DNA of 63,979 nucleotides, the filler included, from Octopus bimaculoides (Eukaryota): assembly GCF_001194135.2 (NCBI RefSeq). It is 5 parts of 5 records of this genome, joined end to end, with 100 filler letters (N's around TTAATTAATTAA, not from the genome) between each part and the next. Parts side by side here need not be neighbours in the genome. Positions count along the whole stretch, not along the records: positions 26,835 to 53,448 come from NC_069000.1; positions 53,549 to 59,037 come from NC_068996.1; positions 59,138 to 61,881 come from NC_068985.1; positions 61,982 to 63,979 come from NW_026306900.1; 1 more part is not named here. The stretch is one strand, 5' to 3'. Under the pieces are notes generated by a model. It did no database searches. It worked only from the letters and a program-made list of their open reading frames with translations, and was not told the origin of the DNA. The position numbers and the translations under genes are program-made. Shown here piece by piece: positions 51,985 through 63,979 of this stretch; positions within the stretch are counted from its first letter, which is position 1; each line of letters starts with the position of its first letter.

Positions 51985-52470
51985 TCATTCTTCCCTAGTT
52001 TCCACATGTCCTCTGCATTCATGGTCCATGTCTCACTACCATGTAGCATTGCTGTTCATACACAAGCATCGAGAGAGAGAGGCCTTTTGCAGCCAATAAA
52101 GGTAATAGCTCTCTGAACTTTCTCCATCCTATTTTTATTCTAATATCTTTACTTTCAGAACCTCCTCCTCCACTGCCAATTAGGTCATCTAGGTAACTGA
52201 AACTATATACTACTTCTAGGACATTCAAGATAATCTATTTTCTGTGTGTTCTCAGTGTTTATAGCTCCAGTACATCTTCCACATACAAACACTAATTTTT
52301 TTGTTAACCTTCCTGCGATACCACTGCACCTCCTATGTATCCATAGTTTACACTGGGTATACCATATGGAATTCCTGCTGAAGTCTTTCCTCGAGCAGCG
52401 CTATTTACCTGAGGGGAGTAGAGTCCTGTCTGCTTTTCTGCTTAATAAATTTGCAGTCCTTGTTATATTA
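51985..52470 (-). mobile_element. RTE-clade LINE reverse transcriptase C-terminal fragment
   Basis: SRNSIWYTQCKLWIHRRCSGIAGRLTKK.VFVCGRCTGAIN...LEVVYSFSYL...GWRKFRELLPLLAAKGLSL...MLHGSETWTMNAED. Confidence 0.8.
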
Positions 52471-53373
52471 ATAAAGGCAATGAACAAAAACAAAGAGAGA
52501 AAATCAAAGGTGACAAGTTTCAACAAATATTGTGATAGTTTAACACTTAAAAAGAGAGGTAGTCTTAACTTTTTGGACTCTGGTTCTTCATCAGATGAGA
52601 AATACAAAAGAGTAGCAAAGGGAAAGTGGTTAAGAAAAAAAAAATCAATGGACGAGGGGTTAGGGAACAGGTGGGAATGCAGATCTGTAAGAAGGGTGGA
52701 AGGAGGGTGTGTGCATTTGTGTGTGAGAGAGAAAGAGGACATATAGGAGTGTATCCACATTTTGAGATGGCATAAGGGGAGGAAGAGTCATGTGTATGGG
52801 GTATCATGGTGTGTGTATGCATGGAAGTGAGCAAGAATAAAAGTATAGTGGCATAGGTTGAAGGGTATGTAGTCGTTGGTGAGCGTGGGTAATTTTAGAG
52901 TGTGTGAGGAAAGCTTGGAAGTGGGAGAGGGAGTGAGTGTGAGGTAAATGGGAAGGTAAGAGAAATGTGTGTGGGGGATGATGATAGAAGTGTACATAAA
53001 GGTGTGAGATGCTGTAATGAGGAAGAAAGTTATGAGCAAGAGAGGAAGAGGGTTCAATACAATGCTAATGCATAAAAAATATAATTCAACAAGGGAAGAA
53101 AATTGGTGAGGCACATGGCAGAGTAAGATGAATGTGATGCAGATGAATGTAATGTATATAAAAGGAACAGAGAAAGAAAAGTTTTTTAAAAAAATGAAAA
53201 GTGAACAAGTTCAGAGAGAGAAGAGAAGTGAGAGAAAATTAAGGGAAAAATTAGAAGAAAAATAATTATTAGAAATCACTGATAAAGAAAAGATTATGCA
53301 CATGCACATTACACATATACAAACACACATATAGACATACATATGTACTCTCACATGTACATATGTTTGTCTC

Positions 53374-53377
<4 letters not shown>

Positions 53378-53448
<71 letters not shown>
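53378..53448. repeat. (TG)n microsatellite running into a gap
   Basis: Seen directly. Confidence 0.95.
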
Positions 53449-53548
53449 NNNNNNNNNNNNNNNNNNNNNNNNNNNNNNNNNNNNNNNNNNNNTTAATTAA
53501 TTAANNNNNNNNNNNNNNNNNNNNNNNNNNNNNNNNNNNNNNNNNNNN

Positions 53549-55960
53549 GCTTTGCTATATCTAACCGCTTCTGCTTTTATTGCTCTCTTGAGGGCAAACC
53601 ACCATTTGTTATTGATGATGGCTCCCGTTAAAGCCCTCTTTACTAACGTGCTAATCCGGTCTCTGAAAACCTGTCTCGACGGGAAAGACGCGTTTAGTTT
53701 CCAGTAACCGGGGCCCTGCCTATGTGTCTTATCTAAGTCTAGCGTACACGTCACAAGTGTGTGGTCCGTGTAGCTAACTATGTGAAATTGTGGACACCCT
53801 ATGCTATCTCTATCTACTCTCCTACACAGTACTCTATCTAGATACGATCTTGACGACCCGATGCGGTTTGTCCGTGTCCACATTGGCGGTGTTGTGTACA
53901 GGTGGTTGCTGGTTTGTATGTCTTCGTTTGTTATGTTTGTTTTTGTGTTGATGTATTCCATCAACTCTGAGTTTTTGTGTTGGTGGCAGTGAGCATTGTG
54001 TGTGTGCTTGCTTTTGAGGTTTTATTGCTTGTGTTGTTGTTGTGTGTGATTGTGTTGGTGTCTTGGGAGTTGTGTATCTCCCTGCTTTGTTTGTGTTTGC
54101 TTTTCTTTTCTTGCTCCTCTTCCTCCTTCCTTTCTGGACTATTTGCCATTCCTCATTACTTTCGTCTTCCGACGAAGGTTCTGAAGAATCGGAAGGGGGT
54201 AGGGGCAAATTGTGAGCGTCTGTGTGTGTTTGTGTGAGTGGTTGTGTTGCTGTTTTTCTTGGTGTTGGTTGCTTGTTATTTGTGTGAGTTGTATGTGATG
54301 TGAGGGAGGGGGAGACAGTCTTGGAATTTTCTTTTTTTTCTCCTGCTTCCTCACTTGATTTTNNNNNNNNNNNNNNNNNNNNNNNNNNNNNNNNNNNNNN
54401 NNNNNNNNNNNNNNNNNNNNNNNNNNNNNNNNNNNNNNNNNNNNNNNNNNNNNNNNNNNNNNNNNNNNNNNNNNNNNNNNNNNNNNNNNNNNNNNNNNNN
54501 NNNNNNNNNNNNNNNNNNNNNNNNNNNNNNNNNNNNNNNNNNNNNNNNNNNNNNNNNNNNNNNNNNNNNNNNNNNNNNNNNNNNNNNNNNNNNNNNNNNN
54601 NNNNNNNNNNNNNNNNNNNNNNNNNNNNNNNNNNNNNNNNNNNNNNNNNNNNNNNNNNNNNNNNNNNNNNNNNNNNNNNNNNNNNNNNNNNNNNNNNNNN
54701 NNNNNNNNNNNNNNNNNNNNNNNNNNNNNNNNNNNNNNNNNNNNNNNNNNNNNNNNNNNNNNNNNNNNNNNNNNNNNNNNNNNNNNNNNNNNNNNNNNNN
54801 NNNNNNNNNNNNNNNNNNNNNNNNNNNNNNNNNNNNNNNNNNNNNNNNNNNNNNNNNNNNNNNNNNNNNNNNNNNNNNNNNNNNNNNNNNNNNNNNNNNN
54901 NNNNNNNNNNNNNNNNNNNNNNNNNNNNNNNNNNNNNNNNNNNNNNNNNNNNNNNNNNNNNNNNNNNNNNNNNNNNNNNNNNNNNNNNNNNNNNNNNNNN
55001 NNNNNNNNNNNNNNNNNNNNNNNNNNNNNNNNNNNNNNNNNNNNNNNNNNNNNNNNNNNNNNNNNNNNNNNNNNNNNNNNNNNNNNNNNNNNNNNNNNNN
55101 NNNNNNNNNNNNNNNNNNNNNNNNNNNNNNNNNNNNNNNNNNNNNNNNNNNNNNNNNNNNNNNNNNNNNNNNNNNNNNNNNNNNNNNNNNNNNNNNNNNN
55201 NNNNNNNNNNNNNNNNNNNNNNNNNAAATTCTCCGGTCTCTTGGTTTTCTTGTTGATAAGTCTGTATGATATGTGCTTCTTGTTTGTGTTTTCGATGATT
55301 TCTTTTGGTATGTGTATTTGTACAGTGTCACCTTCTTTCGTGAGAAGGGATTTTGTATCATTGATTTGTTTTTGGGTGAATGTTAATATTGTTCTTTTTT
55401 CTTTCGTTGCATCGGCAAAATTTGTTTTTGTGATGCTGGCAGATATGTTGTTTGTGGCGTTTGTGGTGTTGGTACTGCCAGGTTCAAAATTGGTGGTAGT
55501 GGCAGCAGAGTTTGTCAAAGTAGTGGTGGTGTTGGTGTTGAAGGCCGGTGTCCTGTTGTTGTTGCTGTTGTTGTCGTTGTTGTCACTGGTGGTAGCAGTG
55601 GTGAAGACAGTGGTCGTGTTAGCAGGGACGTTTGTGTCGTTGTCGTTGTTGTTGTTGTTGTTGTTGTCTTTGTCGTTGTTGTTGTTGTTGTCACTGGTGA
55701 CGGTGGCAGGCAAGACTGCTGTAGCAGCAGAGTTTTTACACGTGATGGTGGTAGTGGTGGTGGTTGAGGCAGCAGCAGTAGACTCAGAATCATTGCTTTT
55801 CTCCATCACCTGTCTGCGTTCATGCGGAACGGCATTAAGTCTTTTCGCCTCTGGCATTAGGGGCGGGAAATCGGCCTCGTTGAATATCTTAGCCATATTT
55901 GCTTTGCAGAATATGGCTAGGATCGAGGAAGATGTTTTTGAATTTTGGGAAATAAGGCCC
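53549..55960 (-). mobile_element. L1/Tx1-clade LINE 5' portion (ORF1 plus part of the ORF2 endonuclease), gapped
   Basis: ORF1 from ATG 55896 (MAKIFNEADFPPL..., T/N-rich, ...SSEDESNEEWQIVQKGRRKR). ORF2 piece WTRTNRIGSSRSYLDR...SYTDHTLV...GPGYWKLNAS...WWFALKRAIK matches the APE endonuclease C-terminus and the L1/Tx1 linker. Confidence 0.8.
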
Positions 55961-56119
55961 TAAATAGAGCTATTTCCGATTTGAAAAATATATGTTCACG
56001 AAGTATTTTGTGTTATACACAACTTATACAAAAATTAAAAAACAAAATAGGTCTTTTAAGAGGTGAAAAATGCAACTTACATGGGAGCCGATTTGTCTAG
56101 CGTCCGTCCATGTGGATAT

Positions 56120-56685
<566 letters not shown>

Positions 56686-57710
56686 TGCGAATGACATTTT
56701 GGTAAGAGTATATTAGTTTAATATGGATGTTTATTGGAATGAACGTATTTGTATATATCCGTATGTAGCACCACTTTCAATCAGCAGGAAGAACAAACAT
56801 CAAAGATATAAGTATATCAGAAACGAAATCCTTACGTCACTCACTAGATTGTATAAAGCAAAATGAATAACAGAATATAAGTTCAATATTGTCTGATGAT
56901 GATAAGGGAGAATAACTAACAAGAGCGCGTAGGATGGCGCCACATAGTCTGTATTTCATATGGCAACCACAAGGAAGTGGGAAGTGCGCAACATTTTAGC
57001 CTTAGACCTTTAGTGTGATTATTAAAGATTGTTATATATGTAAGCGTTTTTAGAGAGGAGAGGATGCGTTACATTATAGTCTCGCTCTTCTATCAACGAA
57101 AGCTAGGATGTAGCGTATTAGTGTATTATGACCAATTAGTTTGGAATTGGAAAATTAATCAGTCTCTTGGTATGAATATTCTAATTTGAAGTTTTAGTTT
57201 TTACTCTGACTTTAATCTTTGTTTCTTCTCTCATTAACTAATTAAATCATTTATATTTATAATCATCCATAATTCAATTTGTAGAAGATACACCAAGAAA
57301 AGATTTAGACTAAGCCATTAAGTCTTTATGTGGTCGTTTTATATGCTAGAAATAACAACCGCACAAAACTCAAAAGTCAACTTAAATACTTGGAAAAATA
57401 ATTTAAAGACTCAATGTATTCACAAATATACAACACTATGTGGTGGCTGCTGATATATCTTTGATCACATTTCTATTTGATCAGGAGAGCCCTCAGACTA
57501 AAAAACATTATTCACCACACCAACAGTTATAAAAGCAACAAAAAGAGGTATTGGAAACGTGTAAATAATCAACAAAAGTTTTAGAATTATATTTGTCTTT
57601 CAAGCTAGGTATATAACCTTGCTAGATTATATACCAATACACATTTTTGAGTATGTATACAGTTGGCATGGGTTGTGGGCTGCGTTTGAATTTTTGTTCG
57701 AAAGAATCAG

Positions 57711-57745
<35 letters not shown>

Positions 57746-58964
57746 ATACATTTACATATACATATATACAGACCCTTTCAATACTCATTCAAAAACATAC
57801 GCATATTTTACGCATTATACTACTAAATGTCAACTTCTGTGTGTGTCTGCACGGGTTTCTTGCATAAAGACTCGGGTCCCTGGGAGTATATTCCCACAAA
57901 TGTCATATATTTAGAATCTGGTTAACCTCATAGCCTTTCTACGATATTTTGGTTCACTAGCCTGCGATCTTCATTCGGGCCACGCTATAATACATTTCAT
58001 TCTTCAAGCTAGCAAAACAAAATGATGTTTAATAATTAAAATGGAAGTATAGCGAAAGTGGATGAGAGGCAACGACAATAATTAACATTTTTTAAACTTC
58101 TTCATCTTTTATACATGTTTCAGCAGTAAAGCACCTTTCGCGTTGTTTTGCGCTGAAATTCTTCTGCGTATTCATTTTGATATTCTTTAAATCGTTTCCC
58201 TCCAGAAAAATCTATAAGACATGACGTGATAATCAGTTTCCATGTATTGAGTCCATAATCGCGGGAGAGAGAGATCATTTATATCATAAGACAGATTTTC
58301 TATCAAATGGTTTTTAAATGTCAAATTAAAATTCACGAAGGGTAAACATTATGGATTTTTTTCATTGAAGAGATGTTAGAAAAGTATGGTTAACAAGATT
58401 TTTAAAATGTCAAAACAAGATCATTATAGTGAGAAAAATATCAAAAGCCAGAATGCTGAAAATCTGTGAATTCCTGCTAAAAGACAAAAAAAGTAGGATT
58501 TCGATATCACCTGATGAAGTTTTAAACCGGGCAAATCACGTAAAATCAGTGGTACTGAGACACCAAAAGGTCGAGTCAAATTACCCCTTGACAAAATTTC
58601 TTGTGATAAATTTAGCAATGAAAATAAAGAACTATTGATGATATCCCATATACGTTTTTTCAGATGTTACTCTAATCTGAAAGTCCAATAAGCATCTGGT
58701 GAAGCCCAGCAGACTTTAGCAGTGAATATGTCCAAAGGCCGGTTGTTACCCTTTCTACGCTTATATGCATGTACGTATTTATATTCATGTTTGTATATAT
58801 GTATGATTGTACGCACACACGCGCGCACACACATACACAAACAAAAGGCATATATATATATATATATATATATGGGAGAATGTACGAAAAAAAAACAACA
58901 GACGAGGACAGGTGGTGTAAACAACAAAAGGATGTATTAGTTTGACGCTCGGGAATACAGAAAG

Positions 58965-59001
58965 TCTTTAACGTTTCGAGCTACGCTCTTCAACAGAAAG
59001 A
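58965..59001 (-). ncRNA. Minimal Penelope-type hammerhead motif with one core substitution
   Basis: tcttt-CTGtTGA-a-gagc(gta)gctc-GAAACGT-T-aaaga; helices I and II pair perfectly; A6 is replaced by U. Confidence 0.5.
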
Positions 59002-59137
59002 GTACGGAGAAAACAAGGAGAAAAACACGGAGACAAANNNNNNNNNNNNNNNNNNNNNNNNNNNNNNNNNNNNNNNNNNNNTTAATTAATTAANNNNNNN
59101 NNNNNNNNNNNNNNNNNNNNNNNNNNNNNNNNNNNNN

Positions 59138-59171
<34 letters not shown>

Positions 59172-59391
59172 ATGCATATGTATATGTATATACATACATA
59201 TATATATATACATTTCAATACGGAGCAAATAATTCACGAGAGATTGTATTAGCCCAGTGTAGTTTTGGCAATTTAAATAAGAGTTCTCACTGTTATTTCC
59301 AGCAGGTAGACATACATAGTATGCCCTTTGATTGATTTTAATCCTTCAGCTACACACACACACATATAGCAAAAGTACCTAATTCAACTGA

Positions 59392-59433
<42 letters not shown>

Positions 59434-61136
59434 CTTGACAAGACATCGGGCGTCGTTTCGGCACCGCTACTCACAGCACGCCGTCCATTCCGCTCTGGAT
59501 CGTGCCTTCCTCTCCACGAAGTTCCAAACGCTTGTCATGCTTCATCAACCCATCGTTTATATTCTTTTAATCTTTTATTCTTTTACTTGTTTCAGTCGCT
59601 GGATCTATTTTAAAATGGGGGCGCCAGTATTTTCTTAACGAAACACTAACGAANNNNNNNNNNNNNNNNNNNNNNNNNNNNNNNNNNNNNNNNNNNNNNN
59701 NNNNNNNNNNNNNNNNNNNNNNNNNNNNNNNNNNNNNNNNNNNNNNNNNNNNNNNNNNNNNNNNNNNNNNNNNNNNNNNNNNNNNNNNNNNNNNNNNNNN
59801 NNNNNNNNNNNNNNNNNNNNNNNNNNNNNNNNNNNNNNNNNNNNNNNNNNNNNNNNNNNNNNNNNNNNNNNNNNNNNNNNNNNNNNNNNNNNNNNNNNNN
59901 NNNNNNNNNNNNNNNNNNNNNNNNNNNNNNNNNNNNNNNNNNNNNNNNNNNNNNNNNNNNNNNNNNNNNNNNNNNNNNNNNNNNNNNNNNNNNNNNNNNN
60001 NNNNNNNNNNNNNNNNNNNNNNNNNNNNNNNNNNNNNNNNNNNNNNNNNNNNNNNNNNNNNNNNNNNNNNNNNNNNNNNNNNNNNNNNNNNNNNNNNNNN
60101 NNNNNNNNNNNNNNNNNNNNNNNNNNNNNNNNNNNNNNNNNNNNNNNNNNNNATGCATATATATGTACATCTATGTACATACCTTCATCTACATGTACAT
60201 ATAGATACATAACTGGGTACATGACGTGGCAAAAGAACATGGACAAAATGATAAACAAGGTACAACAAACAAGCAAGCCGCATAGAAACATCTCCTTCAT
60301 CAGCTGCCACCATTAAAACACCGGCGTTTCGAAGAATTAAGGCAGTACGCATCGTTGAAATGGTTCTTCCCACGAACACAAATTAAATTTTTTCGTGGAG
60401 GGTAGTGGCGGACGGAAAACAAGACAGGAAAACGAAACGGTGAATAAACAAACAAAAAGGCTGTACAGCCAGACGTTTCTAATCAGATTACCAGAATGTA
60501 GTCTATACATAAATGCGAGAATAAAATTCTTCATCTTCATAGGGCATTCGAATTAAAGCAACAGATCTTCATCTGAGTGAGAAACAAGAGCATGCAGTAT
60601 AACCGAAAGGAAGAAGAGAAAGGAGAGAAAATATGGCTTAGACAAATGGTTTAGAAGCCCAATATGTTAAGGGCAAATAAATATACCATCAGGGTTACAA
60701 GAGCGTAGATGAAAGAGTGGGCTATAAAAGGTCAAGGGAATACTACAAATTATTAACGGGTGGGTGCAATTAGAAGGGTGGGGTTAGGGTGCTTAAAAGA
60801 AGAAGTTATCAAGAAACTCTAACGAAAATACTAAACATAGTTATCAAAGGTGAAACCTGTGTCAATGGAGTAAACTTAAGTAAAAGTAAAGAATTATCGG
60901 AGCTCCTTCAGAAACGCACCTCCAAGAAAATCAAATGCAACTAAAAAATGTTTGAGAATAGACGAGTCTTTCTAATTTTTTGCATGCATCATTTATTTTG
61001 TGTATGTTTTCCATTTTCATGCCTTTTTTTTTTTTTCAGTTGCATTCCATTTTCTTGGAGAGATACGATTTGCTCGACTAAAGGCGCTGCTCCAGCATGG
61101 CCACAGTCAAATGACTGAAACAAGTTAAAGAGTAAA

Positions 61137-61179
<43 letters not shown>

Positions 61180-61274
61180 TGGAAGCTGGGTGAATGTGGC
61201 GAAGATGACGCAAGTAATTGGTCCTACTCCTCCCCTGAAATTGCTGGCATTTTGCCATAATTTGAAACTATTAT

Positions 61275-61525
61275 TAAGGTAGTGAACTGGCAGGATCGTT
61301 AGCACGCCGGACGAAATGCTTGACAGCATTTCTTCCGGACGAAATGCTTAAAGGTATTTCTTCCGTCTTTATGTTCTGAGTTCCATTTTCGCCGAGCTCG
61401 ACTTTGCTTTTCATCCTGTTGGGGGTCGATGAAATAAGTGCCAGTCAAGCCCTGGGGTCGGTGTAACCGACTAGTCCCCTCCCACTAATTTTCAGGTTTT
61501 GTGCCTAAAGTACAAAGGATTATTA
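61275..61525 (+). mobile_element. SINE family C monomer with a 28 bp internal tandem duplication
   Basis: ccggacgaaatgctt...atttctt occurs twice; a separate family C tail lies at ~61213-61268. Confidence 0.8.
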
Positions 61526-61692
61526 TTATCATTATTATTTCAAAAATGCATGCGCTGGGAGATTAGAGAACAACCGTTGAGCGAGGGTTCATATCGGTTG
61601 TCGTCAGAGTAACCTGGGATCTGTGAGTTTCCTTGATTGACCTGCGTTGAAGCTTCTCTGCATCAGTCACGTGTTCACATATTTGGTATACA

Positions 61693-61881
61693 ACGCAGGA
61701 GTGGCTGTGTGGTAAGTAGCTTGCTTACTAACAACATGGTTCGGGGTTCATTCCCACTGCGTGGCACATTGGGCAAGTGTCTTCTACTATAGCCTCGGGC
61801 CGACCAAAGCCTTGTGAGTGGACTTGGTAGACGGAAACTGAAAGAAGCCCGTCGTATATATGTATATATATATATATATAT
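61693..61881 (+). mobile_element. SINE family B 5' half, young copy running into a gap
   Basis: acgcaggagtggctgtgtggtaag (A box), gggttcattccc (B box), ttgggcaagtgtcttctactatagcc (MIR/CORE-like). Confidence 0.9.
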
Positions 61882-61981
61882 NNNNNNNNNNNNNNNNNNN
61901 NNNNNNNNNNNNNNNNNNNNNNNNNTTAATTAATTAANNNNNNNNNNNNNNNNNNNNNNNNNNNNNNNNNNNNNNNNNNNN

Positions 61982-62090
61982 ATGCATATGTACGTATGTA
62001 TATATATGCATATGTACGTATGTATATATATTCATATGTACGTATGCATATATATTCATATGTACGTATGTATATATATTCATATGTACG

Positions 62091-62101
<11 letters not shown>
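61982..62101. repeat. 24 bp minisatellite, about five copies
   Basis: Unit at(g/t)catatgtacgtatgtatatat. Confidence 0.9.
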
Positions 62102-62145
<44 letters not shown>

Positions 62146-63947
62146 TTGTATATATATATAGATATGAATATGTGTACATATATATACCTTCCTCCATCTT
62201 TGGGAAGGGATGGATCATTATTATTATTACTATTATTATTTGTTTGGGGAATATAACATTCAATACCAGCATTCACAAATGAAAAAAAAAAAAAACATTA
62301 TAAACTTTATATTCAAAATTTAGCAACAGTATAAAAAATAATAATAATGATAATAATAATAAACATTTCCACTCTTTTCTTAATGTTTCAATATACTGTA
62401 TGTTATAGGCAGTTCATGAATGCTGAAAAAAAACTATGATCAGAACGCAGTTTGATCATATATGTACGTTTGTGTATGTATGTATATATGTCATATGTGT
62501 ATATATAAGCACACGTACATACATATATGCATACATATATAAGCTCACCTATATATATACAAATATATATATGTATAATATATTTTATCATTTCATAGTA
62601 TGGGATACCTATGTGCTCATTGATGGAGATGCAGTGCACGTGTTGGTAATCACCTGTCTGAATCGACACTTGGCATTATATTATTATTTTTCATCAAGTA
62701 ACTTTTCAAATTTCTCAGAATCATTCATAATAACTCTTCTCCATTTTCAATGCTTACAGGCAGAAGTACTACGCACATGCACACAGATATACCTACACAT
62801 ACATTCATGTACTCAACTAAATATATATATATATANNNNNNNNNNNNNNNNNNNNNNNNNNNNNNNNNNNNNNNNNNNNNNNNNNNNNNNNNNNNNNNNN
62901 NNNNNNNNNNNNNNNNNNNNNNNNNNNNNNNNNNNNNNNNNNNNNNNNNNNNNNNNNNNNNNNNNNNNNNNCAATATGAACATATTTTTATCCTACTCTC
63001 AGTTGCACTCATTAAACGGAAGTTTTACATAATCATGTACATTCTCTACCATGGCTACTTTGAGAGGCTGAAGTGCGACTTAGATGAAAATTTAGCTTAT
63101 GTATTTGAAGGAAAATAGATTTGTCTACTGTAAACTTTGCTGCTGTATTTTTATCCTTCTCTGATTCATTTCAATTCTGTAAAGAAGAGAAAAGAAATTG
63201 CTGAGGAATTCTCATAAAACTGCGCTTTGCGACGGTAAATTCTGGTTGTGTAGTTACTCTATAAAGAAGAATTAATCAAGGAACCGAAGAAATTAATTAA
63301 CTTTCCGGTTTCTAACATTCGTATTAGTATGTTTAATGCTCTGTGGTTGTACATATGTTTTATAATTTACACGCGACGGAAAACATGATCAAGCATCGAT
63401 TCGTCATAGCTCAAGTGAAAGTATTTGTACACACAGGCTTAAAATGCTCGTCGTGCAACTAGGACAATTCCTGTAACTAGGACACACATTTAAATTGCAT
63501 TAATTACTTTCATCTTTAAGAATTGCCAAATTGATATATTAGATCATTTTGCAAATGAGAAGATAGATTAGGGATGATTTCGTACATATAATTGCTCAAC
63601 TCAAATCGAATCTCTCGTTGAATCGGTACAATATATTTATCCTATGGAAAAAATATAAGCAGCAATTGACTGAATATACACTATATAATATACACAATAT
63701 ACGGTGTATATGCTAGAGACTTATTCAGGCAAAAGATATAAGCCGGCATAAGACGTTTTCAGGGAAACGTTTAACTCGGAGGAAATTTACGTGCGGTGCC
63801 CTAAGCGCACATATAGCCTTGTTTCATTGAAAAAAGATTTGCTGCTGTTCATGTTGACTGTCTTTCTGGAATTATTTGAAATCAACACGAAATATGTAGT
63901 GCTTATCTGTAATTCATTGCTTTATGTTACAGAGTATATGTTATATA

Positions 63948-63979
<32 letters not shown>

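Noticed and set aside
55241-55963. 240 aa hydrophobic plus-strand ORF
   Set aside because: It is the antisense shadow of the T/N-rich LINE ORF1.
60285-60350. Permuted hammerhead (cttcgaaacgccggtgtt...ctgatgaaggaga, minus strand)
   Set aside because: Core pieces and a possible helix II exist, but no credible helix I forms. It may be a Penelope-terminus relic.
61568-61612. Hammerhead half (ctgacga-caaccg...cggttg, minus strand)
   Set aside because: Helix II is present, but GAAA and the cleavage site are missing.

Overview
Repeat-dense, AT-rich, gapped animal genomic DNA. The SINE families and microsatellite load suggest an octopod cephalopod (inference). The only confident host gene element is a 1.59 kb minus-strand exon (38524-36935) encoding the N-terminal region of the long isoform of Capicua (CIC-L), with clean splice sites. 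The rest is intron-like or intergenic sequence holding three tRNA-derived SINE families, four mariner remnants, a Tc1 remnant, a Ty3/gypsy pol remnant, RTE, CR1/L2-like and L1/Tx1 LINE pieces, and a cluster of three R4/Dong-clade retrotransposon fragments at (TAA)n tracts. The best leads are: (1) a candidate type I hammerhead ribozyme with an intact core and a ~105 nt helix II at 16179-16312, plus degenerate relatives; (2) a candidate alternative promoter and first exons at ~20.0-20.8 kb, ending ATGG|gtgagt in the same phase as the CIC-L exon and enclosed by an inverted SINE pair; (3) a 46 bp perfect palindrome; (4) a CpG-decay landscape suggesting gene-body methylation around a promoter island. 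Four 100 bp spacers with TTAATTAATTAA mark joins of unknown size, so long-range inferences across them are uncertain. No tRNA or rRNA genes or CRISPR arrays were found.
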